From an uncultured bacterium (GTDB lineage: Bacteria; Actinomycetota; Acidimicrobiia; Spongiisociales; UBA5794): a DNA stretch of 64,000 nt. Each line of letters opens with the position of its first letter. The stretch's first letter is position 1. The translations under genes and the position numbers were made by a program. The notes under the pieces are model-generated. The model made no database searches, was not told the DNA's origin, and saw only the letters and a list, made by a program, of their open reading frames with translations. The DNA is taken from the NCBI GenBank assembly GCA_963801165.1, contig CAWDDT010000003.1:128001-192000 (forward strand). Reading direction: 5' to 3'. Positions 37,259 through 46,434 of the stretch are shown piece after piece.

Positions 37259-38413
37259 ATGGCATTCAGCGAGATCAGGGCCGGGGTGGTCGGAGTCGGA
37301 TTCATCGGCCTCGCCCACATCGAGGCGCTTCGCCGCATCGGCGTGCGCGTAGTCGGCGTTGTCGCCTCGAGCCCGGATCGGGCCAGAGCAAAGGCAGACG
37401 CAGTCGGTGTCGGGCGTGTCTACGACAGCGTTGCTGCGATGGCAGCCGATCCCGACATCGACGTCGTTCACATCGCCAGCCCGAACTACGCACACGCCGA
37501 CCAGGTGCGGATCGTGATTGCCGCCGGCAAGCACGTGGTTTGTGAGAAGCCGTTGGCGCTCGACTCGAGCGACACAGCCGATCTGGTGGCGCGTGCCGCA
37601 AACACGGGGTTGGTCAATGCGGTCTGTTTCAACATCCGCTTCTACCCGGCCAACCATCAGGCGATGGCAATGGTCGCGGCCGGCGGCATCGGGGAGCCGA
37701 GGCTCATCACGGGCTCGTACCACCAGGACTGGCTGCTGCGCGATACGGATTGGAACTGGCGTCTCCAGCCCGATCAGGCGGGACAGTTGCGTGCCGTGGC
37801 CGACATCGGCTCGCATTGGCTCGATCTCACCAGGTTCATCGCCGGTCGTCGCGTGGTCGAGGTCATGGCGGATCTCCATACCCTCGTGCCGACACGGCGC
37901 CATCCGGCCGGGCCGGTTGAGACATTCGCGGCAGTCTCGGCAGGCGCCGACCTGGTTGAGGAGGAGATGCACAGTGACGATGCTGCCGGCATCCTCCTCC
38001 GATTCGAGGGCGGAGCCAGAGGGGCGGTGACCATTTCCCAGGTCTCGGCCGGGCAGAAGAACTCCCTGCGCTACGAGATCGCCGGCAGTGAGTCGGCGCT
38101 GCGCTGGCATTCCGCGCAGCCGGACGACCTGTTCATCGGCCATCGTGGCCAACCGAATGAGACCCTATCCCGGGACGCCGGTCTCTACTTACCGCAAGCA
38201 GCGGCCCTGGTGGCGTACCCGGGCGGTCACGTCGAAGGGTTCCCCGATACCTTCCGGGCTCTGTTCTCGCGGGTGTATGCGGACGTTGCCGACGGAGCGC
38301 CGGCCGCCGTACCCGCCTACCCGACTTTTGCCGACGGTCACGACGCGGTGCTGGTGACAGATGCGGTTGCCAGGAGCCACCGGGAGCAACATTGGATACC
38401 CGTCCAGAGATGA
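37259..38413 (+). CDS. Gfo/Idh/MocA-family NAD(P) oxidoreductase
   Basis: GVGFIG, HVVCEKPLA, YHQDWL...WNWRL, DIGSHWLD. Confidence 0.94.
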   Translation: MAFSEIRAGVVGVGFIGLAHIEALRRIGVRVVGVVASSPDRARAKADAVGVGRVYDSVAAMAADPDIDVVHIASPNYAHADQVRIVIAAGKHVVCEKPLALDSSDTADLVARAANTGLVNAVCFNIRFYPANHQAMAMVAAGGIGEPRLITGSYHQDWLLRDTDWNWRLQPDQAGQLRAVADIGSHWLDLTRFIAGRRVVEVMADLHTLVPTRRHPAGPVETFAAVSAGADLVEEEMHSDDAAGILLRFEGGARGAVTISQVSAGQKNSLRYEIAGSESALRWHSAQPDDLFIGHRGQPNETLSRDAGLYLPQAAALVAYPGGHVEGFPDTFRALFSRVYADVADGAPAAVPAYPTFADGHDAVLVTDAVARSHREQHWIPVQR

Positions 38414-38488
38414 GGATGGATACCCGTCCAGAGATGAGGATGGATACCCGTCCAGAGATGAGGATGGATACCCGTCCAGAGACGAGGG
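38393..38488. repeat. 24-bp tandem array x4 containing the Gfo/Idh/MocA stop codon
   Basis: TGGATACCCGTCCAGAGATGAGGA x3 plus a degenerate fourth copy; internal TGGA...TCCA dyad. Confidence 0.95.
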
Positions 38489-38522
38489 ATGAAGACGTCC
38501 CTGCAGCGAACAGGAGGAGAAA

Positions 38523-39437
38523 GTGAAGCTGGGTCTACTGACTGCACCGTTCCCCGAGACACCACTCGAGGAGGTGGCCCGTTGGACTACAGACAACGGG
38601 TTCACCACCATCGAGATCGCCTGCTGGCCGGCGACGAGCGGCGATACCAGACGGTATGCGGGCACTAGCCACATCGACGTCGACGGCCTGACCGATGCAC
38701 AGGCAGCCGACATCGTGGCCGGCATGACCGACAAGGGTCTCGAGATCTCGGGCCTCGGCTATTACCCCAATCCTCTCCACCCCGACGAGGAGCATGCCCG
38801 GATGGTGATCGATCACCTGAAGAAGGTGATTGCGGCCGCCGGGAAGATGCAGGTACCCGTTGTCAACACGTTCATCGGGGCCGACAGTGCGCTGACCCAG
38901 GACGAGAATTGGGAGAAGGCCACGAAGGTCTGGCCGGAGATCATCGCGGCTGCGCAGGACGCCGGCGTCAAAGTCGCCATCGAGAACTGCCCGATGATCT
39001 TCTCAAAAGACGAATGGCCGTCCGGTCACAACGTCGCATACAACCCGAAGATCTGGCGCCGCATGTTCGAGGAGTTCGGAGAGACGATCGGGCTCAACTT
39101 CGATCCGTCACATCTCGTCTGGCTGATGATCGACATCGAGGCCGCGATATACGAATTCGGTGATCGGTTCTATCACTTCCAGGCCAAGGATGTGATGATC
39201 GACTACGACGGGCTCTACGAGAACGGTACGCTTTCTTCGGGGATGGGCTGGCAGGTCCCACGTCTCCCCGGTCTCGGCCACGTCGATTGGGGAGTCGTCT
39301 TCTCGGCTCTGTACCGCGTCGGATACGACGGCCCCATCATCATCGAGCACGAGGACCGCGACTTCGAGGAGACCGACGAGTTGGTCAAGCGCGGCTTCCT
39401 GATCGCAAGGGACGTGCTCAGCCCGTACGTTCATTGA
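38523..39437 (+). CDS. Xylose-isomerase-like TIM barrel (sugar phosphate isomerase/epimerase, IolE/AP_endonuc_2 superfamily)
   Basis: AIENCPM, GLNFDPSHL, HFQAKD, PGLGHVDW, IIEHED. Confidence 0.9.
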   Translation: MKLGLLTAPFPETPLEEVARWTTDNGFTTIEIACWPATSGDTRRYAGTSHIDVDGLTDAQAADIVAGMTDKGLEISGLGYYPNPLHPDEEHARMVIDHLKKVIAAAGKMQVPVVNTFIGADSALTQDENWEKATKVWPEIIAAAQDAGVKVAIENCPMIFSKDEWPSGHNVAYNPKIWRRMFEEFGETIGLNFDPSHLVWLMIDIEAAIYEFGDRFYHFQAKDVMIDYDGLYENGTLSSGMGWQVPRLPGLGHVDWGVVFSALYRVGYDGPIIIEHEDRDFEETDELVKRGFLIARDVLSPYVH

Positions 39438-39479
39438 AGACGGGCCGGGTCCCCGGTGATGACGTCTGGCGGCGGGTGA

Positions 39480-40586
39480 TCACGGCTCACCGTTGGTGAG
39501 GAAGTAACCGTAAGGGCTCGGGGCGGTTCCTGTTTGTCGCGGGGGCAAGTAGTAAGCCGAGTACAAGAGCGCGGTCAGCTCGTTGCGGGTACCCACGTTT
39601 GCCTTGCGATAGATTGCCTTGAGATGATCGTTCACCGTGTGCGGGGAGATCCCGAGCGCGGCCGCGACCTGACCTGTGGTCCTTCCCGCCGCAACCCAGC
39701 CGGTGATGGTGCGCTCCCTGTCCGTTAGCTGGAGCGCACGCATGATCAACTCGGCGAGCTGATTGGGGCGGGGCCGTTCGACGATGACACCAAAGCCGCC
39801 GTCTGTGCCCTTCATCGACGTGAGCTGGAAGCTCACCGGCCCTGCGTCCCCGACGGTGGTTGCAGATACGTTGCCGTCACCCGCCACGGCCGCCTGGAGT
39901 TGTCGTAGCACGACTCTGACCTGATCCTGAGCCAGCCCGTCGAGCAAAGCCTCAGCTGCTGCCGATGTGGCGACCATGTCACCGTCGGCCGATATGGAGA
40001 GCAACCCTGGTGGCTCGACCAGAAAAGGCGAGTCGAGCGCCGCCCGCAGCAGCGAGTTCCGGTACCCGCGAGCGAGCACAGATGATGCGGGGGCCGCCAG
40101 GGCCAGCGAGTCCCGATCGAAGGCCGGGCGTCCTTCCATCCGGTACATGGTCACCACGCCCCAGCTGGTTGTTCCGTCGCGCAGCACAAGACGCAGCTCG
40201 TCGAAGATCCCAAAAGGGGCGAGCAACTCGTCGTATCGGCGCACTTTGCCCGCAGGGTGTGGGACGAGCTGGCGCAACGCTCCCACCGGGCTGGGTTGGC
40301 CGGCCAGCAAGGGGTAGACGTTCGGCTCCTCGGTGTGGAACTCGAGTTCGAACAAGCGCATTTCCCGAGCGGCGTCGAACCCGCCATCGTCTCCGCCGCC
40401 ATCGCCCGACCACACCGGAACACAGTGTGTGAACATCAGAGTGAGAGGATCGATGGCACCCCAGATAGCGATGTCGTATCCGATTGCTCTGCGGAGCGTC
40501 TCATCGGCGCCATGCGCGAAGTCCGTGATGTCGCCGTGATGGCTTGATAGAGCGGCCAACTTGCGCTCGAGCAGGCCGGAATCCAT
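39480..40586 (-). CDS. GAF plus LuxR-HTH transcriptional regulator
   Basis: IDPLTLMFT, DELRLVL...WGVVTMYR, LTDRERTI...LGISPHTVNDHLKAIYRK. Confidence 0.88.
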   Translation of the reverse strand: MDSGLLERKLAALSSHHGDITDFAHGADETLRRAIGYDIAIWGAIDPLTLMFTHCVPVWSGDGGGDDGGFDAAREMRLFELEFHTEEPNVYPLLAGQPSPVGALRQLVPHPAGKVRRYDELLAPFGIFDELRLVLRDGTTSWGVVTMYRMEGRPAFDRDSLALAAPASSVLARGYRNSLLRAALDSPFLVEPPGLLSISADGDMVATSAAAEALLDGLAQDQVRVVLRQLQAAVAGDGNVSATTVGDAGPVSFQLTSMKGTDGGFGVIVERPRPNQLAELIMRALQLTDRERTITGWVAAGRTTGQVAAALGISPHTVNDHLKAIYRKANVGTRNELTALLYSAYYLPPRQTGTAPSPYGYFLTNGEP

Positions 40587-40653
40587 GCAGCGGACTCTAA
40601 CCCCCTCGAATTGGGGATGGGCGGACGAAGTGGGGGACCGTACCGTGTGCCAA

Positions 40654-40704
40654 GTCCATTGGAGGGAGTCGTCCAATGAAGGGAGTCGTCCAATGAAGGG
40701 AGTC
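40654..40704. repeat. 17-bp tandem array x3 upstream of the cupin gene
   Basis: GTCCATTGGAGGGAGTC, GTCCAATGAAGGGAGTC x2. Confidence 0.92.
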
Positions 40705-40709
40705 GAAAA

Positions 40710-41201
40710 GTGTCAATCGATCTGAACCAGGCATCTCCGTATCACCTGGGGGCGAACTCGGGTGTCGATCACATGGAGGCGATGGGTGTCGAGATGCGAT
40801 GGTTGGCTCGCAGCTCCGACACGGGTGGCCTGATCACTCTCGTGCAGTACAAGGCCCCCGCCGGTTTCGGCGGACCAGGGCTGCATGTGCATACCGGGGA
40901 AGACGAGTTCTTCTACGTGCTGCGGGGCACGCTGAAGCTCCAGATTGGAGACAGCGGGATCGATCTCGGCGAGGGTGGTTTCGCATGGGGCCCGCGCAAC
41001 GTTCCCCATTCATTCGCCAACCACACCGACGATGAAGCAGTTTTCCTGTTTGGTCTCACGCCCGGTGGTCTCGAAGCGATGTTTGCCGAGATGTTCTCGT
41101 ATCTCAACGACGCCGGGGCGGACATGGACCCGGCCGAGCTGGTCGCGATCAATCAGCGGCACGGAGTCGCAACTGTCGGACCTCCAATTGCCCGCAGCTG
41201 A
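40710..41201 (+). CDS. Cupin-domain protein (quercetinase-like)
   Basis: LHVHTGEDEFFYVLRG, PRNVPHSF, TPGGLEAMF. Confidence 0.88.
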   Translation: MSIDLNQASPYHLGANSGVDHMEAMGVEMRWLARSSDTGGLITLVQYKAPAGFGGPGLHVHTGEDEFFYVLRGTLKLQIGDSGIDLGEGGFAWGPRNVPHSFANHTDDEAVFLFGLTPGGLEAMFAEMFSYLNDAGADMDPAELVAINQRHGVATVGPPIARS

Positions 41202-41236
41202 GCGGGGAGTGGGCGTTCCGGCGACGGCGGCATTGC

Positions 41237-42433
41237 TCAGCCGTCGGTGACGAGATCGAAGATCTCGCCGGTGTCCTTGTGCGAGAGCATGAGCTTCACT
41301 CTCCCGTCGGGGAGGGTCTCCTGCTTGATAACGCCGTGCCCGTCGTGGGTCTCCGCTTTCCTGGCGATACGGGGGGTCGTCCCGCCCCGCCACTCGACTT
41401 CGACGGGCTCCCAGCGACCGGTGTCGACCGACTTGTATGCCGCATCCATCACCGCGTTCACCACGTATCCGTCATAGAACGTTTCCCGGGGCGCCCGCCC
41501 CTCCTCCATTGCATCGAACATGTCGGTGAACATGTCGGTGTAACCCAACTCGGCAATCTCGTCACCGACCGGGAACAGCCAGCCCTCGGTGGACTCCAGC
41601 TTTTCCGCGACGTAGCCCGCGCCGCCGCCGGAGGTGTAGATCTCGAGACCGGTTCGCAGGAAGTGATTGAGCCAGATGGTCCCCTCGGTGCCGGCCACCT
41701 CGTCCCTGAGATCCATGCCACCCCGGAACGTCCATGAGACCTCGAACTGGCCGAGGGCGCCTGATTCGAACTTGATCAGCACGACGGCGTTGTCGTCGGC
41801 CTCGATGGGGTGGACCAACGTATCGGCCCACGCCATCACCGCGGTCGGGCGGTTGCCTTTGCCCACGAAGCTGCGGATGATCTCGATGCAGTGACACCCG
41901 AGGTCGACAATGGCGCCACCACCGGCCTTGTCCTTGTCCCAGAACCAGGCGCTGTGCGGACCCGGATGTGTCTCGCGTGATCTGACCCAGGTGACATCGC
42001 CGATGCTCCCGCTTCGAACCGATGCGACGGCCTTGAGGGTCTTCGGTGTGTAGCACAGGTCCTCGAGGTACCCGGCGAAGATGCCCGCAGCTTCCACCTT
42101 GTCCAGGATGCGCTTTGCCTCTTCCTTGTTGCGCGCCAGCGGTTTGGTGCAGAGCACGGGCTTGCCGGCATCGGCCACCAATCCGATGACCTCCTCGTGG
42201 AGGAAGTTGGGGAGACCGACGACCACGATGTCAACCTCTTTGTGGTTGATGGCTTCTTCGATCGACGTGGTGTGGTCGGGAATACCCCACCGGTCGCTGA
42301 AAGCGCGGCCCCGCTCCTCCGATCTCGAGTAGGCGATACGGACCCGATCCCGGCTGCGCTGGCTGTGCAGAGTCATCGTGTAGAAGTCCCCGATGAGGCC
42401 TGTGCCGAGCATGGCTACGTTGTGTGATTGCAT
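41237..42433 (-). CDS. Gfo/Idh/MocA-family oxidoreductase
   Basis: [24 protein letters not shown]. Confidence 0.92.
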   Translation of the reverse strand: MQSHNVAMLGTGLIGDFYTMTLHSQRSRDRVRIAYSRSEERGRAFSDRWGIPDHTTSIEEAINHKEVDIVVVGLPNFLHEEVIGLVADAGKPVLCTKPLARNKEEAKRILDKVEAAGIFAGYLEDLCYTPKTLKAVASVRSGSIGDVTWVRSRETHPGPHSAWFWDKDKAGGGAIVDLGCHCIEIIRSFVGKGNRPTAVMAWADTLVHPIEADDNAVVLIKFESGALGQFEVSWTFRGGMDLRDEVAGTEGTIWLNHFLRTGLEIYTSGGGAGYVAEKLESTEGWLFPVGDEIAELGYTDMFTDMFDAMEEGRAPRETFYDGYVVNAVMDAAYKSVDTGRWEPVEVEWRGGTTPRIARKAETHDGHGVIKQETLPDGRVKLMLSHKDTGEIFDLVTDG

Positions 42434-42566
42434 CGATAACCCTCCAACTCCGATGCCAACACGCTAGTGGTCGACCACAGGCCGGGCGTCGCCGCGGGGA
42501 ACGCCGGCCATGGATGCACCGCTATCGTCCTGCCAAGTGTCCGCCATCGGCGAAGAGAGGACTCCG

Positions 42567-43715
42567 ATGACTCCGCGCGAGCGTGTTCTGGCGACGATCA
42601 ATCACAAGGAACCAGACCGGGTTCCGGTCTTCCTCGGGGTGAGCAACGCGACCGGGATCAAGATGAAGACCTACCGGGCAATCAAGGAGTTGATCGGTGT
42701 CGAGGCCGAGGATCGGTACCTCTACGACTGGCCCGAGTTGGGTTCTGCGCTCGTCGACGAGGAGACCATGGTCCGGCTCCACTCGGACGTGCGTGGTGTC
42801 CTGGATCTCGAGCCCGAGTCGGTTATGGAACGGAACCGCAATCGTGAGCCGCACAGCGACTACATCAACTCTTGGGGGTCCGGGGCAACGGAGGTCACCC
42901 CGGGGGAGTGGTACCCGTTGGTGGAGCCCCTTGCCGACGCGACTACGGTCGCTGAGATCGAGGAATACCCCTGGCCCGACATGAGCGACCCGACCCGCTA
43001 CGCCCACGTTCCCGCCCGGGCCGCGGCCCTTGCCGAGCAGAACGAGTACGCCATCGTTGCCACGCCGTGGCTGCTGTTCCCGTTCGAGCGTGCCTTTGCC
43101 ATGCAGGGCATGGAGCGCTTCCTGCTCAACATGGCCATGAACCCCGAATTCGCCGAAGCCCTGTTGTGGAAGATCGAAGAGCTCTGCAAGATCGGGATGG
43201 GCCATTTCCTCGAGGCGCTCGGTCCCAACGTCGACATCATCAAGATCGGTGACGACCTGGGCACCCAGGAGAGCCTGCTCATGTCACCGACCATGTACCG
43301 GAATGTGCTCAAACCGATCCACGCCGACTACATCGAGTTCATAAGGGAGCGAACCGACGCCAGGGTCATGTTCCACACCGACGGCGACGTGTTCCCGCTG
43401 ATCGAGGATTTCATCGATATGGGTGTCGACATCCTCAACCCGATCCAGGCCGCAGGAAAGATGGCCAACACCGCGGCACTCCAAGAGCGGTACGGCGACG
43501 ACATCGTCTTTTGCGGGGGCATCGACACGGGGCATGTTCTGCCGAGCGGTACACCCGGAGAGGTGCGTCAAGAGGTACGCCGGATCATCGAGACGCTCGG
43601 ACCGGGCGGTGGCCTCATGATCGGTGCGGTCCACACCGTGATGAACGACGTTCCGGCCGAGAACGTGCTGGCGATGGTCGATGCCGTCGAGGAGTTCGGG
43701 TACTACCCGTTGTAG
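42567..43715 (+). CDS. Uroporphyrinogen decarboxylase (UroD/MtaA)-superfamily protein
   Basis: MTPRERVLATINHKEPDRVP, GDDLGTQ, FHTDG, GVDILNPIQ, GGIDT, HTVMNDVPAEN. Confidence 0.88.
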   Translation: MTPRERVLATINHKEPDRVPVFLGVSNATGIKMKTYRAIKELIGVEAEDRYLYDWPELGSALVDEETMVRLHSDVRGVLDLEPESVMERNRNREPHSDYINSWGSGATEVTPGEWYPLVEPLADATTVAEIEEYPWPDMSDPTRYAHVPARAAALAEQNEYAIVATPWLLFPFERAFAMQGMERFLLNMAMNPEFAEALLWKIEELCKIGMGHFLEALGPNVDIIKIGDDLGTQESLLMSPTMYRNVLKPIHADYIEFIRERTDARVMFHTDGDVFPLIEDFIDMGVDILNPIQAAGKMANTAALQERYGDDIVFCGGIDTGHVLPSGTPGEVRQEVRRIIETLGPGGGLMIGAVHTVMNDVPAENVLAMVDAVEEFGYYPL

Positions 43716-43732
43716 CGGTCCGTTCGGGTCGG

Positions 43733-44501
43733 TTAGGCGACCTCGGCGTGCTGCCACCAATGGATTGTGGCCCAGGCTGCAACCAGGGTTGTCACCGGAA
43801 CGAGGAGCAGCTGAACCGTGGTGACATCCGATACCCCTTCCGCCCCGGCGACCGCATACAGGCCGGGTGCGGCGTAAGGAAACCAGGCACCGGTGCCGAG
43901 GGCCACCGCGACCTGGGCGAACATGGTCAACAGGATGAGCGCGCCTATCGCCGGCAGGTAGCCACGCCCGACACTGGCTACGTAACCGACGGTGAGCGCG
44001 ATGACGGTCGTGAGCACCCCGGCCAGCTCGAGACGAGCGAGAGTGGTCGCCACGTCGATACCGTCGAGTGACCCGACCCGGGCGACGAGCCCCACCACCA
44101 TGGCCGCAATGAGCAGCATCGTCGTCGAGCGCGGCGCCCCAGCCGAGGAGAACGAGGAACTTGGCGGTGGCGATGGAGCGGCGGGACACCGGAAGCGCGA
44201 ACAGCGACGGGAACGTTCGATCGGCGTGCTCTCTACCGAACGCCCAGGCCACGACCACACCGGGACCGATGAACAGCGTCACGGCGATCATCTGGCCGAG
44301 CAGCCCGAGATACCCCTCCCAGCCTTCGCCGACACCCATAGCGCGGGCCTTGGCCGCAATGGCTCCCGCGGCGTCGCCGTTGGCCGCAGCCAGGAAGCCG
44401 AGACACAACAACGGGACGAGAACGACGATCAGCGCGGTCGTCACCAGAACCACCGGCGAGCGGCGGAATTTGAGCAACTCGACGGCAGCTGCGCGCCTCA
44501 C
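43733..44501 (-). pseudogene. ABC-2 (BcrB-like) permease with a frameshift near 44126
   Basis: N-half (ELLKFRRS...FGREHADRT...AKF) and C-half (GRGYLPAIG...WFPYAAP) are in different frames. Confidence 0.78.
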
Positions 44502-45232
44502 ACCGCACCCCGCGCCAGATCGATCCGGTAAACGTGGTCGAAGAACTGGCGCTCGAGATCGACGCCACCCGGGTCGAGATCGCCGACCACCTTGCCCCGG
44601 TGCAGCATGCTGATCCGGTCGGCGACTCTCGCCAGCTGATCGAGATGGTGACTCGATACCAGTACGGCGGCGCCCCTGCCCGCGGCCGTCCGGAGCATAT
44701 CCCGGATGAAGACGACGCCGGCCGGGTCCAGAGCATTCGCCGGCTCATCGAGCACGAGGATCGCGGGTTGGTGGACCAGCGCCGATGCCAGGCCGAGTCG
44801 TTGCCGGTTGCCGAGCGACAGGGCTCGTGCCCGCTTGTGCTCCCAGCGCGCCAGCTCGAAGTCGCCGAGTACCGTGTCGATTGCCGCATCTATGCGGCTA
44901 CGGTCGAGGCCGTGCAGCAGGGCGGCAGCATGCAGGTTCTCCCGTACGCTCAGCTCGGGGTAGGCGAAAGGGGTCTCGATGAGACACCCCACCCGCGCCC
45001 ACGTATCGGAGGCGGCGGATGCCACCTCTCGCCCCTCGATGAGGGCGGCTCCCGAAGTCGGGGTGACCATGCCGAGGAGCATCCGCATCAATGTGGTCTT
45101 GCCGGCTCCGTTGAGACCGACGATGGCGTGGATCTCTCCGGCCAGGACGCGGAGGTCCACGCCATCGACGGCGCGGTCGTCGCCGTATAGCTTCGTCAGG
45201 GATCGGGCCTCGAGGCGGATCGAGTCATTCAT
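44498..45232 (-). CDS. ABC exporter ATPase (BcrA-like)
   Basis: GLNGAGKTT, LSLGNRQR, LDEPANALDP, SSH. Confidence 0.93.
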   Translation of the reverse strand: MNDSIRLEARSLTKLYGDDRAVDGVDLRVLAGEIHAIVGLNGAGKTTLMRMLLGMVTPTSGAALIEGREVASAASDTWARVGCLIETPFAYPELSVRENLHAAALLHGLDRSRIDAAIDTVLGDFELARWEHKRARALSLGNRQRLGLASALVHQPAILVLDEPANALDPAGVVFIRDMLRTAAGRGAAVLVSSHHLDQLARVADRISMLHRGKVVGDLDPGGVDLERQFFDHVYRIDLARGAV

Positions 45233-45785
45233 GTCTGGCTCCGAGCTCGAGTTGCTGCAGCGCAAAACGGACCATGTCCCCGAGAGTCCCGGAGTCGTCG
45301 TGCTCACCCCAGTCGATCAGCGCTGCCATCATCGCTCCCATCACGGCGCCGGTTGCTACCCGGGCTTCCAGGCCGGGCGCCCCTGTGGACTCGAGTGCGG
45401 CGACGATCACCTGCTCCGTCTTCCGGTTGTTTGCCCAGGCGTGGGCGATGATGTCCTCGTGTCGGGTGAGGATCCGGAAGCGAGCCCGGGTCATCTCGTC
45501 GTCCGGTTCGTCGACGTGCTCCCACGCCTGCAACAACCCCAGTCTGATCCGTTCCAACGCCGGCAAGCAGCGATCGGTGGCGGCGACCATCTCACCGATG
45601 ACCGGGTCGTAGGGGTCGTCGAGAAGGACCGACACCTTGGTGGGGAAATGGCGGAAGAACGTCATGTGCGAGACCCCGGCGGCTGCTGCGATCTCCTCGA
45701 CGGTGACCGCGTCATATCCCCGGGCCGAGAACAGCCTCACTGCTTCTTCCTGCAGACGTCTCCCGGTTTGTTCTGCACGTGTCAT
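45225..45785 (-). CDS. TetR-family regulator
   Basis: GYDAVTVEEIAAAAGVSHMTFFRHFPTK. Confidence 0.94.
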   Translation of the reverse strand: MTRAEQTGRRLQEEAVRLFSARGYDAVTVEEIAAAAGVSHMTFFRHFPTKVSVLLDDPYDPVIGEMVAATDRCLPALERIRLGLLQAWEHVDEPDDEMTRARFRILTRHEDIIAHAWANNRKTEQVIVAALESTGAPGLEARVATGAVMGAMMAALIDWGEHDDSGTLGDMVRFALQQLELGARHE

Positions 45786-45792
45786 GGCTCGA

Positions 45793-45809
45793 ATGTTAGT
45801 CACTAACAT
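45793..45809. promoter_or_regulatory. TetR operator palindrome
   Basis: ATGTTAGT-C-ACTAACAT, 8 bp upstream of the TetR start. Confidence 0.8.
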
Positions 45810-45928
45810 CACTGCGGAGCAATCGGGGACTGAGAGTCGGTCCGCTTGTTGTTGCGCAGGCTCACCCGGGCGGAACCTCCGCGAACGAATCGCGGCTGGG
45901 CCGAAGCCGGCCCAGCCGCGGCTCGGTG

Positions 45929-46396
45929 TCAGCTGCGACCTTCAGATGCTCCGTCCGCGTCGAGACGGTCGGCTCGCCGAAAGCCGGTGCAGACCAGGTC
46001 GATGTGTGCGATCCCGTGCTCTCCCACCTGCAGCACCGCCCGCTGCTCGATGACGTGGCGTCCGCTGCCGTCTTCGAAGTTGCCCTCGTGGTGCCAGCCG
46101 GCGACGTACCTGTCTTCCACGAGGACCGGTGCCACCACCCTGCCCCAGGCGGCAAGGAGTCGGTCATACCAGAACTGGAAGTGCTCGACGGTCGCCCCGG
46201 CACCTTGCCACTCAACGAGACCGCGGGGGAGCAGAGCACGTACGGTGACGTCGTCTGCGATCAACCGGCGGAGTCTGTCGTAGTCGCGTTCGGCGACGGC
46301 CGATGCAAAGTCTGTCGCTATCTCGCCCGGATCTTCTCTACGCCCAACCGGTCGATTGTCTAGGGAACAGGTTGGGCTCTCGGTTGCGGATTTCAT
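45929..46396 (-). CDS. SnoaL/NTF2-like hypothetical protein
   Basis: FASAVAERDYDRLRRLIADDV...IAHIDLVCTGF; GAGG RBS. Confidence 0.65.
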   Translation of the reverse strand: MKSATESPTCSLDNRPVGRREDPGEIATDFASAVAERDYDRLRRLIADDVTVRALLPRGLVEWQGAGATVEHFQFWYDRLLAAWGRVVAPVLVEDRYVAGWHHEGNFEDGSGRHVIEQRAVLQVGEHGIAHIDLVCTGFRRADRLDADGASEGRS

Positions 46397-46434
46397 GGTC
46401 GCTCCTCTCATGTCGACGGCGACTCTTGGTTTGA

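Noticed and set aside
38393-38488. 24-bp repeat with an internal dyad, considered as a CRISPR array
   Set aside because: Units are head-to-tail with no unique spacers, and there are no cas genes in the window
42430-42442. CATCGATAAC considered as a fifth operator copy
   Set aside because: Only a half-site, overlapping the start codon; could easily be chance
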